Part shown: positions 20,101-30,221 of the stretch, piece after piece
How positions within the stretch are numbered: the stretch's first letter is position 1
Layout of the letters: each line of letters opens with the position of its first letter
Virus record (IMG/VR): IMGVR_UViG_3300034065_000062
Location: 1-52,430 of that record
From: a virus
Lineage: Duplodnaviria; Caudoviricetes
Direction: 5' to 3' (one strand)
Length of the DNA: 52,430 nucleotides
Notes under the pieces: generated by a model
What the model was told of the DNA's origin: nothing
Database searches by the model: none
What the model saw: the letters and a program-made list of their open reading frames with translations, nothing else
Position numbers and translations under genes: made by a program

Positions 20101-23013
20101 CCACTTGCAATGGTTTCATCTGATGTGACTGGTCAACAGAGTTTATTAGTTGATTCAGCAGCAAGTCTTACATGGAATCCATCAACTGATATTATGACTA
20201 CCACTGGTTCTATTGAACATACTAGTGGTATTTCTAATGCATATTGGTTATCACAAGATAGTTCTGGTCGTCAACATTGGTATTGGAATACTACTGGATC
20301 TTCTGCTCCGGTAACTATTACTACTAATGAAGATGTAATGGATATTATGATGACCACCGGTAATGGTTTAGTAGCTACTTGTAATGCAACTATTTCTGGT
20401 ACTGTTATGACTGTTACATCTACACCAACTGCAAATATTGCACTCGGTGATTTAATTACTGGTGTTGGTATCCCAACAGGTGTTTATGTTTCATCTTATG
20501 GAACTGGTACTGGTTCAAATACTGGTACTTATAATCTTAATACAGCAGTTACTGTTAGTACAGCAGAATTAATTACATTTACTCCACCAGCGGCAGTTTA
20601 TACTGGTTCTATTTCTGGAAACAACCTTACTATAACTAGTGTAACCATAGGAACAATTAATGTTGGTCAATATGTTACTGGGTCAGGTATTACTTCTGGG
20701 ACTTATATTGTTGCTGGTTCAGGAACTGCATGGCAAGTTAATAATTCACAAACGGTTTCAAGTACTACATTGTTTAATGGTGCTGGTGGTTCTATGCAGT
20801 TTAGAACTACAACTGGTTTAAATCAACCCGCCGGAACTGCCTTTGCTTTTGATAATGTACTTAGTCTTCAAAAAGTTGGATCTTCTTTGGCATCATCATT
20901 AGCGATACAAGGTAACCTAACATTAAGTTCTGCCTTTGGTAATCCAACTGTTGGTCGTTTAATATTACCAAATGGTTCAGCTGCTTTACCAGTTGTTGCT
21001 TTTAATGGTAACTCAGGATTAACAGGTTTATATTACACTGGTGCTAATATCGGATTTACCGTCGCAGGAACTGCAGTTGGTAATATTGGATCTACTGGTT
21101 TAAATAGCATGCCGATCGGTGTATCTACTGCTGCAAATGCTAACTTTACAACTGTTAATACTTCAGGTACTCTTACTTATACAACAGCAACAGCTGGTAA
21201 CCAAGAAGGTATTTTATTATCTAATACCAATGCTGCTGGTGGTGTCACAATAAATTTCTCTGGAAATAATGGTGGCCTTGGTGCAGTTGTAGGATTAAAC
21301 TCTGCTGGTTCAACTTTCATTCTTGGTACAACAACAGTAACTCCAGTAGTACTTGAAATTGATGGTACTGCTGCTTTAACTATTACAACTGCCGGTGGTT
21401 TCTCATTCGGTTCTACAAGTACTAACTATGGTACTGCTGGTCAAGTATTAACTTCAAATGGTAATGCTGCTCCTTCATGGTCAGCTGGAACTGGTGCTGG
21501 TCAAATGACAACCAACCCGGTTATTGTGGCTACTCAAGGTCAAACTGTGTTCAGTGTACCAAGTGGGTATTCTGCTGGCTTGATAATGGTTTTTGTTAAT
21601 GGTAGTTTATTATTATCATCTGATTATACTGCAATTAATGGTACTTCAGTCACTTTAGCTACCGCATCAAATGCTGGTGAAGAAGTCCAAACTATTGTAT
21701 TCTCAAATCAATCTCTTGTTGCTTCAAGTTCAATAACTCGTACTCCATTCACTGCAACTGATAACCAAACAACATTCAGTGTTGCTTATCCAGTTGGTAT
21801 GATATTGGTAAGTTTGGGTGGTACTATTTTACCAACTTCTGATTACACAGCAACCAATGGTACAAGTGTGGTATTTAATACTGGACTATCAACTGGTTCA
21901 ACTGGTGAATTTATTACCTTCACCGCAATGAATATTACCAATGCAGTTAATAAAACTGGTGATGCTATTTCAGGTGTTGTGACTGCTCCTACTCCAGCTG
22001 TGACTGTTAATAATACACAATTAGCAACAACTGCATATGTTAATAACTTAATAGCTATGCAACATGCTGGTCATAATTTCATGGTTAATGGTGATATGGG
22101 AATTGCTCAACGTGGAACTACATACGCAATTCCAGCGGGTGCTGGTTTCTTATATGGATCGTTGGATCGTTGGGCAGTTTTTGCAACATCTTCAACTGGA
22201 TATTTTAATCAAGTTGCTGCACCAGCTGGTAGTGGGTTCCAAAATATAGCTAAACTTGGTAGAACTGCCGGTCAAACTGGAACAGGTATAATTAATACTA
22301 GACAAGCATTAGAATCAGTGAATTCATACCCAATGGCTGGACAAACAGTAGTATTAAGTTTTTATGCTTATGCGGGTGCTAATTTTAGTGCAGCAAGTAA
22401 TAGTATGGTTGTTAACTTATGTGCTGGTACTGGCACTGATCAACCAGTTAATGCTATGGCTTCTTGGACAGGTCTTACTTTACCGATTAATCAAACTATT
22501 AGTTTAACTACTGGATTAGTTCAGTATCAATTTACTGCAACAATACCATCTAATGCAACACAAATTGGTCTTCGACTTTATTTTACTCCATCTGGAACTG
22601 CTGGTGCTGATGATGCATTTTATGTTACTGGTGTTCAGTTGGAAATTGTTGAACCTACCAATGCGGTGGCTTCTAACTATGACTACCTAGATTATGGTAT
22701 TCAACTGCAAGAATGTCAACGTTGGTTACGACCTTTGTCAATTGGTGCAGTTGGTTTTTGCACATCAACTGTTAATGCTTATGTTTATTCAACTGGTATT
22801 CCAATGCGCAATACAGCTTCTCTTATTTCAACTACTACTTTTGGGGTTTCTAGTGCTGCTGGTGCAAATATTGCAACTACGGCTGCGAGTTTAGCATCAA
22901 GATCTAATGATAATGCTACATTTGGTATTCAAATGACTGTTGCTTCAGGGTTAGTTGCTGGTAATGGAACTATTCTTAATGGTGGTACTGGTTATATTAG
23001 TTGTGAATTATAA
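17176..23013 (+). CDS. Long tail fibre (1945 aa) with C-terminal putative carbohydrate/receptor-binding domain
   Basis: Same repeat vocabulary as the other fibres; ATxGQTxF modules; C-terminal HNFMVNGD...QRG...CQRW...EL domain. Confidence 0.85.
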   Translation: MSNSLRFKVKNGLDNNNNTITNVATPVFSTDAANKAYIDALSTGVSSVTGTTNQIIVTGSGAITLSLPQNINSGAAPIFNGTYFTNIPNGALVNDTITIGSTSLALGATSLTLAGLTSVTSTTFVGALTGNASTATSSTNILGGAGGSLPYQSAANTTAMLASGSSSQVLISGAAPSWTNTPSINGTNFTSIPNSALTNNSVTIGSTNITLGATATALVGLTSVTSTSFTGALTGNATSATTTAITDNTTLNATVYPTWVTGTSGNLGQETSSTKLSFNPNSGTLTATAFSGSGAGLTNIPNGAFTNNSLTIGSTNIALGSTVTTLTGLTSVVSTGFTGALTGNASSATTATTAGTLTTAQNFSATGDATAPNVSFNGSSGVALALTLATVNSSPVSAAFQKLTTNGKGLVVATSSVLPSDITTALGYTPVNKAGDTMTGALILNADPSAALGAATKQYVDAAVANLYVHGSVNVATTTNYPAIYNNGTGGVGATLTNSGTLTALVVDGVTLPLNSRVLVKNQTTTTQNGIYFLSTLGTGSVAWVLTRTLDADGSPAVDFAPGAYVFVDAGGTQNSNTGWTETAIGTGSGGTINIGTDAVVFTQFSGAGSYLAGTGLSLTGNTFANTGVLSNVAGTGISISGSTGNITITNTGVTSLVAGSNVNISGATGAVTISLPTTLSGLTSVSSTTFTGALTGNASTATLATTATNIAGGTAGSLPYQTAAGTTGMLAATTNGFVLTLASGLPVWAANTGGVTSITGTANQVIASSSTGAVTLSLPQNINSGAAPTFVGTNFTSIPNSGLTNSSLTIGSTNIALGTTATTIAGLTSVSSTTFVGALTGVASGNLPLTGGTLTGPLTVGYSTPVVAINDTSGTNQSNLEFNSSGSIVWDLVKLAGATGNFQIQRFVSGSYVDSPINISNTTGLVSIADGLTVTGTTTSTTFVGALTGNASTATTATNSNNTLVTATGSNINYPLAMVSSDVTGQQSLLVDSAASLTWNPSTDIMTTTGSIEHTSGISNAYWLSQDSSGRQHWYWNTTGSSAPVTITTNEDVMDIMMTTGNGLVATCNATISGTVMTVTSTPTANIALGDLITGVGIPTGVYVSSYGTGTGSNTGTYNLNTAVTVSTAELITFTPPAAVYTGSISGNNLTITSVTIGTINVGQYVTGSGITSGTYIVAGSGTAWQVNNSQTVSSTTLFNGAGGSMQFRTTTGLNQPAGTAFAFDNVLSLQKVGSSLASSLAIQGNLTLSSAFGNPTVGRLILPNGSAALPVVAFNGNSGLTGLYYTGANIGFTVAGTAVGNIGSTGLNSMPIGVSTAANANFTTVNTSGTLTYTTATAGNQEGILLSNTNAAGGVTINFSGNNGGLGAVVGLNSAGSTFILGTTTVTPVVLEIDGTAALTITTAGGFSFGSTSTNYGTAGQVLTSNGNAAPSWSAGTGAGQMTTNPVIVATQGQTVFSVPSGYSAGLIMVFVNGSLLLSSDYTAINGTSVTLATASNAGEEVQTIVFSNQSLVASSSITRTPFTATDNQTTFSVAYPVGMILVSLGGTILPTSDYTATNGTSVVFNTGLSTGSTGEFITFTAMNITNAVNKTGDAISGVVTAPTPAVTVNNTQLATTAYVNNLIAMQHAGHNFMVNGDMGIAQRGTTYAIPAGAGFLYGSLDRWAVFATSSTGYFNQVAAPAGSGFQNIAKLGRTAGQTGTGIINTRQALESVNSYPMAGQTVVLSFYAYAGANFSAASNSMVVNLCAGTGTDQPVNAMASWTGLTLPINQTISLTTGLVQYQFTATIPSNATQIGLRLYFTPSGTAGADDAFYVTGVQLEIVEPTNAVASNYDYLDYGIQLQECQRWLRPLSIGAVGFCTSTVNAYVYSTGIPMRNTASLISTTTFGVSSAAGANIATTAASLASRSNDNATFGIQMTVASGLVAGNGTILNGGTGYISCEL

Positions 23014-23031
23014 AATAAAAGGAAAAACAAA

Positions 23032-24126
23032 ATGTCATCACAAGCTTTTAATAATGCAACAGCTAATAATTTCAGATATAGAAATCGTCTATTAAATCCT
23101 GACAGCTATATAGATCAGAGAAATTCCGGGGCATTAGTTACCGCCGCTGGCTATACAGTCGATAGATATGTTGTTGGTCAAATTGGAACCGCTGGGATTT
23201 TATCATCCCAACAAGATGTATCTACTTTTTTGGGTAATAATCAACCAACTTTTTCATCACATAAAATAAATGTAGTAACTCAACATGCGTCTCTTGCAGC
23301 AGGTGATCAATATGCTCGATTTCAGCCAATTGAAATTTCTAAAATGAGAGATTCATTTTGGGGAACAGCTAATGCACAACCTTTTGTTTATACAATTGGT
23401 ATCTATGTTCCTGTTGCTGGGGTTTATTCTGTATCTTTTAGAAATTATGCAGCAACAAGAAGTTATGTTTCAACAATCACCATAGCTAACGCTAATACAC
23501 TTGAATTCCATTCTATTGTGGTTCCTGGTGATACAGGCGGTACTTGGGCAACAACCCCAGCGTCTGCTGGATTTATGTATATTACATTAGATCTTGGTGC
23601 CGGATCAACATATACAACCTCAACACTAAATACATGGCAAACTGGTAATTTTACTAAAGCAACTGGTTCACAAAGTTTTTGTGCTAATACTGCCGCAACA
23701 TCGATGCACGTTGCTTGGGAACAGTTTGAAATAAATTATGCTACAGCTCCTGAAATTGTTCCTCTCGAACTAGCACTTTTGCAGTGTCAACGATACTGTC
23801 AAATACTTGGTCAAAATGTTGGTGGTGGATCTAATTATTTCGGACATGGTTTTGTTCAGTCTACAAATTCAGGCCATGCCCTTATTCAACTTGGTACACC
23901 AATGCGTGTTGCTCCAACACCGACTGCTGTTGGTATAAGTGGTATGGGTTATACCTCACAGGCTGCATCTTCAGTGGTAACGGCAATTTCAGTTTTTGGT
24001 ATTGCAAGTACAACTAGTATAGCTATACTTTTCACAGGAACTGGTACTCCATATACATTAGGTCAGGCAGCATATGTATATTCAAGTAGTACTGGTACTT
24101 ATATAGTGCTATCATCAGAATTATAA
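23032..24126 (+). CDS. Tail-fibre tip / receptor-binding-like protein (364 aa)
   Basis: RNRLLNPD..IDQR...CQRY...SSEL, paralogous to the C-terminal domain of 17176-23013. Confidence 0.8.
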   Translation: MSSQAFNNATANNFRYRNRLLNPDSYIDQRNSGALVTAAGYTVDRYVVGQIGTAGILSSQQDVSTFLGNNQPTFSSHKINVVTQHASLAAGDQYARFQPIEISKMRDSFWGTANAQPFVYTIGIYVPVAGVYSVSFRNYAATRSYVSTITIANANTLEFHSIVVPGDTGGTWATTPASAGFMYITLDLGAGSTYTTSTLNTWQTGNFTKATGSQSFCANTAATSMHVAWEQFEINYATAPEIVPLELALLQCQRYCQILGQNVGGGSNYFGHGFVQSTNSGHALIQLGTPMRVAPTPTAVGISGMGYTSQAASSVVTAISVFGIASTTSIAILFTGTGTPYTLGQAAYVYSSSTGTYIVLSSEL

Positions 24127-24138
24127 AAGGGAAATTAA

Positions 24139-25212
24139 ATGTCACAAACTCTACAAAGGGCTATTGGTGGAATTTCTAGAAATAGATTAATCAACCCTGA
24201 TTCATATATTGATCAACGAAATTCTGGTGCTTTAGTTACTGCATCTGGATATACAGTTGATAGAATTATCGTTGGTGCAACTGTTGCTGGTATTCTTTCT
24301 TCACCGCAAGATTTAACCACATCATTGGGTGCAAATCAACCAACCATTTCATCTCATAAAATAAGTGTGGTTACTCAACATGCCACATTAGCTGCTGGTG
24401 ATGCTTTTGGTCGTTATCAGGTTATTGAAGCAAATCGTATGAGAGATAGTTTTTGGGGAACTGCCAATGCAAACCCATTTGCCTATACTATTGCATTAGT
24501 GGTTCCTGTTGCTGGTGTTTATTCCATAGCATTCAGAAATACAGCAACCAACAGAAGTTATGTTACTACTATTACTGTTGCTAATGCAAATACATTAGAG
24601 TTTCATTCTATTGTGGTTCCTGGTGATACCACTGGTACTTGGTCAACTACTTATAATGCTGGTCATACTATCATTGATTTAGATTTGGGGGCAGGCACAA
24701 CTTATTCAACTTCAACACTAAATACATGGCAAGCTGGTAACTTTACTAAAGCAACAGGATCATTAAGTTTTGTTGCAAATACAGCAGGTACTTCTATGTA
24801 CATTGCTTGGATGCAATTTGAACCAGATTTTGGAACATTACCAGAAATTGTACCTTATGAAAAAGCTTTAAAAGCTTGCCAATGATACTATGAAACTATA
24901 GCATATAATGGCCCAGGAGTAACAGCCAGTAATGTACCAATGTGTATTGGTCATGCTTATATTGCTACTAGTGCATATGGTCAGATTTTTTATTCAGTAG
25001 CTAAGAGAGCTACAGTAATAGCAACTTATACAGGTTCACAACCACAGACTTATGCAGGTGTTGTTGTTAGTGCATTTGCTATTGTATCAAATACTTTAGG
25101 TTATAACGGACTTGCAGTTAACTGGACTGGTAGTTATACAGTAGGAAATGCAGTACCAATTTTAATGGGTTCTGCTACGAGTGGAACATTTTCAATCAGC
25201 GCAGAATTATAA
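24139..25212 (+). CDS. Receptor-binding-like paralog interrupted by in-frame TGA at 24883-24885
   Basis: Close paralog of 23032; ...LKACQ*YYETI... continues without another stop into track ORF 24940-25212, ending SAEL. Confidence 0.75.
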
Positions 25213-25224
25213 AAGGAAAATATT

Positions 25225-26331
25225 ATGTCAAGAACAAGAGACCAGAGTCAAGGAATTGTGGATTATGTAAGTCCATCACTTGGTGCATATGGATTAGTTG
25301 GTAGAAATGTAATTGTTAATGGTGATAGCAGTATTGCCCAAATTAATGGTGCCAATGCCGTCACTCCATCTATTTCAGGTACTTTCCCAATAGATATGAG
25401 ATATTGGGGTTTAACCCAACCAAGTAAATTATCTGCTCAACAAGTAACTAATAAACTAAATTCATTGGGTGCTACTCATGCATTACAAGCAACTGTTGTA
25501 GCATCTTATACCACAATAGCCACTGATCTCTTTTTCTTTTATCCAGCTATTGAAGGTTATAATTTAGCTAGATTTGCATATGGTACAGCAAATGCCAAAG
25601 CCGGTAGTTTACAATTTAAAGTAAATGCCTCAGTAGCGGGAACTTATTCTGGTGCAATCATTAGTTATAATAGTACACGATCATATCCATTTACTTATAC
25701 TGTAGCAGCTAATACTGATACCTTAATACAGATACAAAATATCCCTGGTGATACTGGTGGTACTTGGGTTGGTGCTACTTCTGCAAGTGCTGGTATTATT
25801 ATATTTGATATGGGTAGTGGTTCAACATTTAAATCATCCACTGTTGGATCATGGCAAGCTGGTGCAATTTATGGTGTTACTGGTTCAACCAACTTGGTTT
25901 CTCAAACTAATGGTAGTACATTAACTATTACCGATATTCAGTTTGAAGTTGGTTCTGTTTGTACACAGTTTGAACGTAAACTCTATGATCAAAACTTAAG
26001 AGAATGCCAGCGTTATCTTCCATGTTGGAATGGAACATTTACAGGTATAGTCACATATTCAACAACAACAACTAATGCATCAATGTATATAAATTATCCA
26101 ACAACAACTCGTGTACCAGCCACTGGTATAGTTTTTTCTTCAGTTAGCCATTTTAGATATAATAATGCATCAAGTAATTATATTGCAACAGCTTTAGCTT
26201 TTTCAACTAGTTCAACAGTTGGTGGTTCATTTATTTTAACAACTAGTGGTATTGCAGCAGGTAATCTTCCGGGTATTGGTGATTGTAATAATGCAGCTGG
26301 ACAATTAGCATTTACGGGTATTCAAATCTAA
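25225..26331 (+). CDS. Receptor-binding-like paralog (368 aa)
   Basis: RNVIVNGD...IPGDTGGTW...ECQRY; same family as 23032. Confidence 0.8.
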   Translation: MSRTRDQSQGIVDYVSPSLGAYGLVGRNVIVNGDSSIAQINGANAVTPSISGTFPIDMRYWGLTQPSKLSAQQVTNKLNSLGATHALQATVVASYTTIATDLFFFYPAIEGYNLARFAYGTANAKAGSLQFKVNASVAGTYSGAIISYNSTRSYPFTYTVAANTDTLIQIQNIPGDTGGTWVGATSASAGIIIFDMGSGSTFKSSTVGSWQAGAIYGVTGSTNLVSQTNGSTLTITDIQFEVGSVCTQFERKLYDQNLRECQRYLPCWNGTFTGIVTYSTTTTNASMYINYPTTTRVPATGIVFSSVSHFRYNNASSNYIATALAFSTSSTVGGSFILTTSGIAAGNLPGIGDCNNAAGQLAFTGIQI

Positions 26332-26332
26332 T

Positions 26333-26360
26333 AAAAATGGGAACTTTAAGTTCCCATTTT
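26333..26360. terminator. Bidirectional rho-independent terminator
   Basis: AAAAATGGGAACTT-T-AAGTTCCCATTTT between convergent genes. Confidence 0.85.
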
Positions 26361-26361
26361 C

Positions 26362-27861
26362 TTATGCCTTCATTATTACCGTTTTGATTTCAGGATTTCG
26401 TTCATCCCTTATAATCAACTCAACTGGATAACCCCAAAGAAGTTTCACATACTGTAAAGTTTTCTCGGCATTACCACGATGTAAACTGCGTTTCAAGAAT
26501 GGTTTATATTCCAATGTTAAAGTACGATCACTTTTCATTTTAGCACCACTCACAACAATATCGGGTGTATAGTTAATTGAATTATGTTGGCGGGCAAATG
26601 CACCACGCATATTTCGATATCCCATATCATCAGCAATTTCACTGACAACACCAGCTCCTTTTTGAATTTCAAGAGTCATCATTTTATACTTACGCATTAA
26701 ATTAGGAGTCATGAACTGCTCAATAAAGCTTTCATCATTGTAATCAAATGCAGCATTCTTGACTTCTGTTCTCCAATCCTTACCAACCAAATTAGGGAAC
26801 CATTCCTTATCTTCTGCTGTTGGATCTTCACAAACCCGACGAACTTCCTTAAGGATGTCAAAGCCCAATGCATATGGATTAAAGTTACCATCATAGTGTT
26901 TGGAATGCATATTAGGTTGATATACCACACCTGAATGTAAATGCAACCAGGCAAGCTGTGCATCAGGTGAAATCAAACCACGCTTTTCCAACTCATCCAT
27001 AATATAGAAGTGAGTGAAAGTAGCCATACCTTCATTCAAAACTTTGGTATGTTTCTGATTGTAGAAGTATGCATTAATCTTACAAATGATCCGGCAAATT
27101 TCCCGTTGCCATTGCTTCATATTAGGTGCATTCTTATAGATGAAGTATAACAAATTTTCTTCATCTTCGATATCCACATCTGTGGTATCATCCTTCTCTT
27201 TTTTCTCTTCTACTACAGAAGTTGTCTTGATAACAATATCTAGTTCCTGTTGTTTCTCATCTTCTTTTTTAAGAATTAAAGCTTTTGCTTCAGCTTCAGA
27301 AACACGGGATTTATACTTACGTTGACTCTTATCAACCGAGTGTGTTGCCAAAGTATGGGCAGCATCCAAGATAAGTTCAACCTCATCTTCACCATATTTT
27401 TCTTCACAATCACGAATGAATGCTTTTGCAAATACTACATAGTCAATAATAGATGAAGCATTAGTACGTTCTTTAAACAGGTAATTATTTTTGAATACTG
27501 TATTATGACCAATACCTGCATGTGCCATAACCAAAGTCTGAGCAACTGCATTGTTATCTTCCATCAAATAGTTGATAACTGGGTTAGTATTAATAACTAA
27601 TTCAAGAGCCAATCCCATTTTACCTTTTTGATACTTGGCATTATTCCGCATGAAGTCTTTACCAAAACTCCAGTGGGAATACATTTCTTTAAGACCAGTA
27701 CTTGAATAGGCATCAAGCATTTGTTCGGCCGATACTACCTCAAAGACATTTGGGTAGGTATCGATTTTTAAATCATTATGACCAATGTCTTCAATGTGTG
27801 ACCAGATTTCCCCTAGAAGTTCTGGGGTCCAATCATCACGGGATGTAATAAGATGTGTCAT
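26362..27861 (-). CDS. SpoVR/YcgB family protein
   Basis: YSHWSFGK, ELVINTNP, AHAGIGHN.VFKNN, TKVLNEGMA.F.H and NPYALG motifs. Confidence 0.92.
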   Translation of the reverse strand: MTHLITSRDDWTPELLGEIWSHIEDIGHNDLKIDTYPNVFEVVSAEQMLDAYSSTGLKEMYSHWSFGKDFMRNNAKYQKGKMGLALELVINTNPVINYLMEDNNAVAQTLVMAHAGIGHNTVFKNNYLFKERTNASSIIDYVVFAKAFIRDCEEKYGEDEVELILDAAHTLATHSVDKSQRKYKSRVSEAEAKALILKKEDEKQQELDIVIKTTSVVEEKKEKDDTTDVDIEDEENLLYFIYKNAPNMKQWQREICRIICKINAYFYNQKHTKVLNEGMATFTHFYIMDELEKRGLISPDAQLAWLHLHSGVVYQPNMHSKHYDGNFNPYALGFDILKEVRRVCEDPTAEDKEWFPNLVGKDWRTEVKNAAFDYNDESFIEQFMTPNLMRKYKMMTLEIQKGAGVVSEIADDMGYRNMRGAFARQHNSINYTPDIVVSGAKMKSDRTLTLEYKPFLKRSLHRGNAEKTLQYVKLLWGYPVELIIRDERNPEIKTVIMKA

Positions 27862-27870
27862 ATTATTTCC

Positions 27871-27878
27871 TATAAATA
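27871..27878 (+). promoter_or_regulatory. TATAAATA late promoter box for the inserted endonuclease
   Basis: Exact box 31 nt upstream of the ATG at 27909. Confidence 0.6.
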
Positions 27879-27908
27879 AAGATAGATTATACTATCATTA
27901 AGGGTATT

Positions 27909-28583
27909 ATGGATATTTCTGTTATTCCATATGTTTATAAATTAGTTCATAAAGAAACTGGTAGATTTTATTTTGGCTATAGAAGAGCTAATAAAGTTCC
28001 AGCAATTGATGACTTGGGTAAAAAATATTTTACATCTAGTAAAATTGTTAAACCATTTTTTAATGAATTTACTTATGAAATTATTAAAGAATTTATTAAT
28101 GCATATGAAGCTTTCTGGTATGAACAAAAATTAATAGCTGAAAATTGTAAAAATCCACTTATACTTAATAGAAGATTTCAAAGAAAAGATACTAAAGTAT
28201 TTACTTTTTGTGGACATCATTCTATAGAAACCAAAGCTAAAATTGCTTTAAAACAAATTGGTAAAAAACATACATTAGACCATTCACAGAAAATAAGTAA
28301 TGCATTAAAAGGTAGAAAATTAACAACTAAAGAGCTTTCTACAAGAAAAAAACAATTACCATTTTCAGAAGAAACTAAAAAGAAAATGTCACAAGCAAAA
28401 ATAGGAAAGGTACAATCTCCAGAACATATAATGAAAAGAACTGCAAAAATGTTATGGCCACCACGAGATAATCCATGTACTATTGATAATATTACTATAT
28501 ACCGAACACAACAAGAACTTGTAAAAAGTTTAGGTCAAGGTAAAAAAGGATTAAAATCACCAACTTTTAGATTTTTAAAGTAA
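27909..28583 (+). mobile_element. Free-standing GIY-YIG-like homing endonuclease with NUMOD3 repeats
   Basis: PYVY...FYFGYR N-terminus; HSIETKAKI, HTLDHSQKIS and FSEETKKKMS repeats; inverted relative to the surrounding operon. Confidence 0.8.
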
Positions 28584-28584
28584 G

Positions 28585-29901
28585 TTATCTTTTTCTTTTA
28601 AACAAAGTTTTAAATACGGGATAACATTCCTCAGCTGTTTCTACTATAGATAATGTAACCTTACCAGAGCGAACATTTTCACGAACATAATCATAAGCTT
28701 CCCAAAGATTTGTATCTCTGGAACCACCTCTGGCTTGACCAACCTCAATATAACTAAACAGGTTTACCTTGTCTAATAATGGATGATCACCAGTTAATCT
28801 GTCAACCACCAAATCATTATCATCATCCCAGTTATCGCCATCAGAAGCATGGCAAACATAGATGTTGGTTTCATTTGGATCATACCGTTCTTTAATGATA
28901 TTGTCTACCATTTCTAGAGCTGGAGATACCGAAGTACCACCATTCATACGAGTACTAAAGAAGTCTTCTTCAGACATTTCAAAAGCTTCAGTTGTATGGG
29001 CAATAAAGACCAATTCCGTTGTTGCATATCGACGTTGAATGAATGCATATAATAATGCAAACCATCGACGAGCAATGATCTTTTTCTCTTCATCCATGGA
29101 ACCAGAAATATCCATTAAGAAGAACAGAACACTGTCAACTGTCTTAAGTGGTTTGGCTTCTTTTTTACGATAGCGAAGATCTGATTTATCAAAGCCCGCA
29201 ATGAATGCAATCTTTTTATCCAGCTCTGCTAATCGGACATAAATTTCTGCAACCCGAACTTTTAATTGTTCAGCGGCAATATATTCAGTTCCTGGAATCC
29301 GTTCTTCAAGCATACGAAGTTCTAATTCAAGGGCTTCCTTTTCAGTCTTATAAGGACCTTGTAAAGCTTTACGACGACCAAGAGATTGTTTATAAGTACG
29401 GATAACACTTAACTGTGCTGGGTTTCCTGTTGTGGAGAAACCTGCAGGTTGGAATGTATTATCAGCTTTATCAGTGAATTTTTCGTTGACAAGATTTGGT
29501 AGTTCACAGTCTTCAAAGAATAAGTCTAAGAATTCACCACGAGCAATATTAACGATGAATTCATCTTCGCCATTTTCACCGGGTCCACCTTTACCACCGG
29601 CGCCACCTTCATCATCTTCTGGAATACGAACCTTATCACCACGTTGGTATTCTGTATTACCAATGATGACGGCTGTTTGTTGACCATCATTTGCATAGGC
29701 AAACCATGGTTCTTCTAATGCTGTACCTGCAACTTTAACAGGTGAGTCACTTTTTGCTTTTGTACCACTGACACCACCTTGACCAATATTTTGTGGCACG
29801 GATGATTTGATGAATGATTTAATACGTTTAATCAACTTCTGTCTATTTTCAGAAGACTTACCTTGTCCAGCTTTCCTGCGATCGATTAGGATAAAAGCCA
29901 T
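28585..29901 (-). CDS. YeaH/YhbH (DUF444) vWA-domain protein
   Basis: IDRR N-terminus, FFEDCELPNL, DLRY, MDISGSM MIDAS motif, ASDGDNW. Confidence 0.92.
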   Translation of the reverse strand: MAFILIDRRKAGQGKSSENRQKLIKRIKSFIKSSVPQNIGQGGVSGTKAKSDSPVKVAGTALEEPWFAYANDGQQTAVIIGNTEYQRGDKVRIPEDDEGGAGGKGGPGENGEDEFIVNIARGEFLDLFFEDCELPNLVNEKFTDKADNTFQPAGFSTTGNPAQLSVIRTYKQSLGRRKALQGPYKTEKEALELELRMLEERIPGTEYIAAEQLKVRVAEIYVRLAELDKKIAFIAGFDKSDLRYRKKEAKPLKTVDSVLFFLMDISGSMDEEKKIIARRWFALLYAFIQRRYATTELVFIAHTTEAFEMSEEDFFSTRMNGGTSVSPALEMVDNIIKERYDPNETNIYVCHASDGDNWDDDNDLVVDRLTGDHPLLDKVNLFSYIEVGQARGGSRDTNLWEAYDYVRENVRSGKVTLSIVETAEECYPVFKTLFKRKR

Positions 29902-29903
29902 TG

Positions 29904-30143
29904 TTATTCCTTTTTAATACTACTATTCAACTGGTCACGAAGTGCACAGGCATAAAGCATCTTCTGTTCATTATCCCAGAAGTCACCAGTAATTTCCATA
30001 GCAACATCATGATTGAAATCATCAGATTGAAGCACAAGTCTATCCAATCCTTCTTCACTACGTGGTGGCCATACATCAATCTGCCACGGGCCTTTATCAG
30101 CCACATTATAGTAGTCTTCGGGTTTAGGTATTTGTGCTGTCAT
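29904..30143 (-). CDS. Hypothetical protein (79 aa)
   Basis: AAGGA RBS; lies between prkA and the yeaH-like gene. Confidence 0.65.
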   Translation of the reverse strand: MTAQIPKPEDYYNVADKGPWQIDVWPPRSEEGLDRLVLQSDDFNHDVAMEITGDFWDNEQKMLYACALRDQLNSSIKKE

Positions 30144-30179
30144 TATATCCTTAGTTAAAGTTTAATATTTTGCGAAACA

Positions 30180-30207
30180 GCTATATTCACCGAACAGTGA
30201 ATATAGC
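30180..30207. terminator. Hairpin after prkA
   Basis: GCTATATTCAC-CGAACA-GTGAATATAGC perfect 11-bp stem. Confidence 0.55.
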
Positions 30208-30221
30208 CATTTTAGCGAATA

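Noticed and set aside
22060-26331. Diversity-generating retroelement or invertible shufflon acting on the tip genes
   Set aside because: No reverse transcriptase or recombinase in the window, no template/variable repeat pair differing only at adenines, and all cassettes share one orientation.
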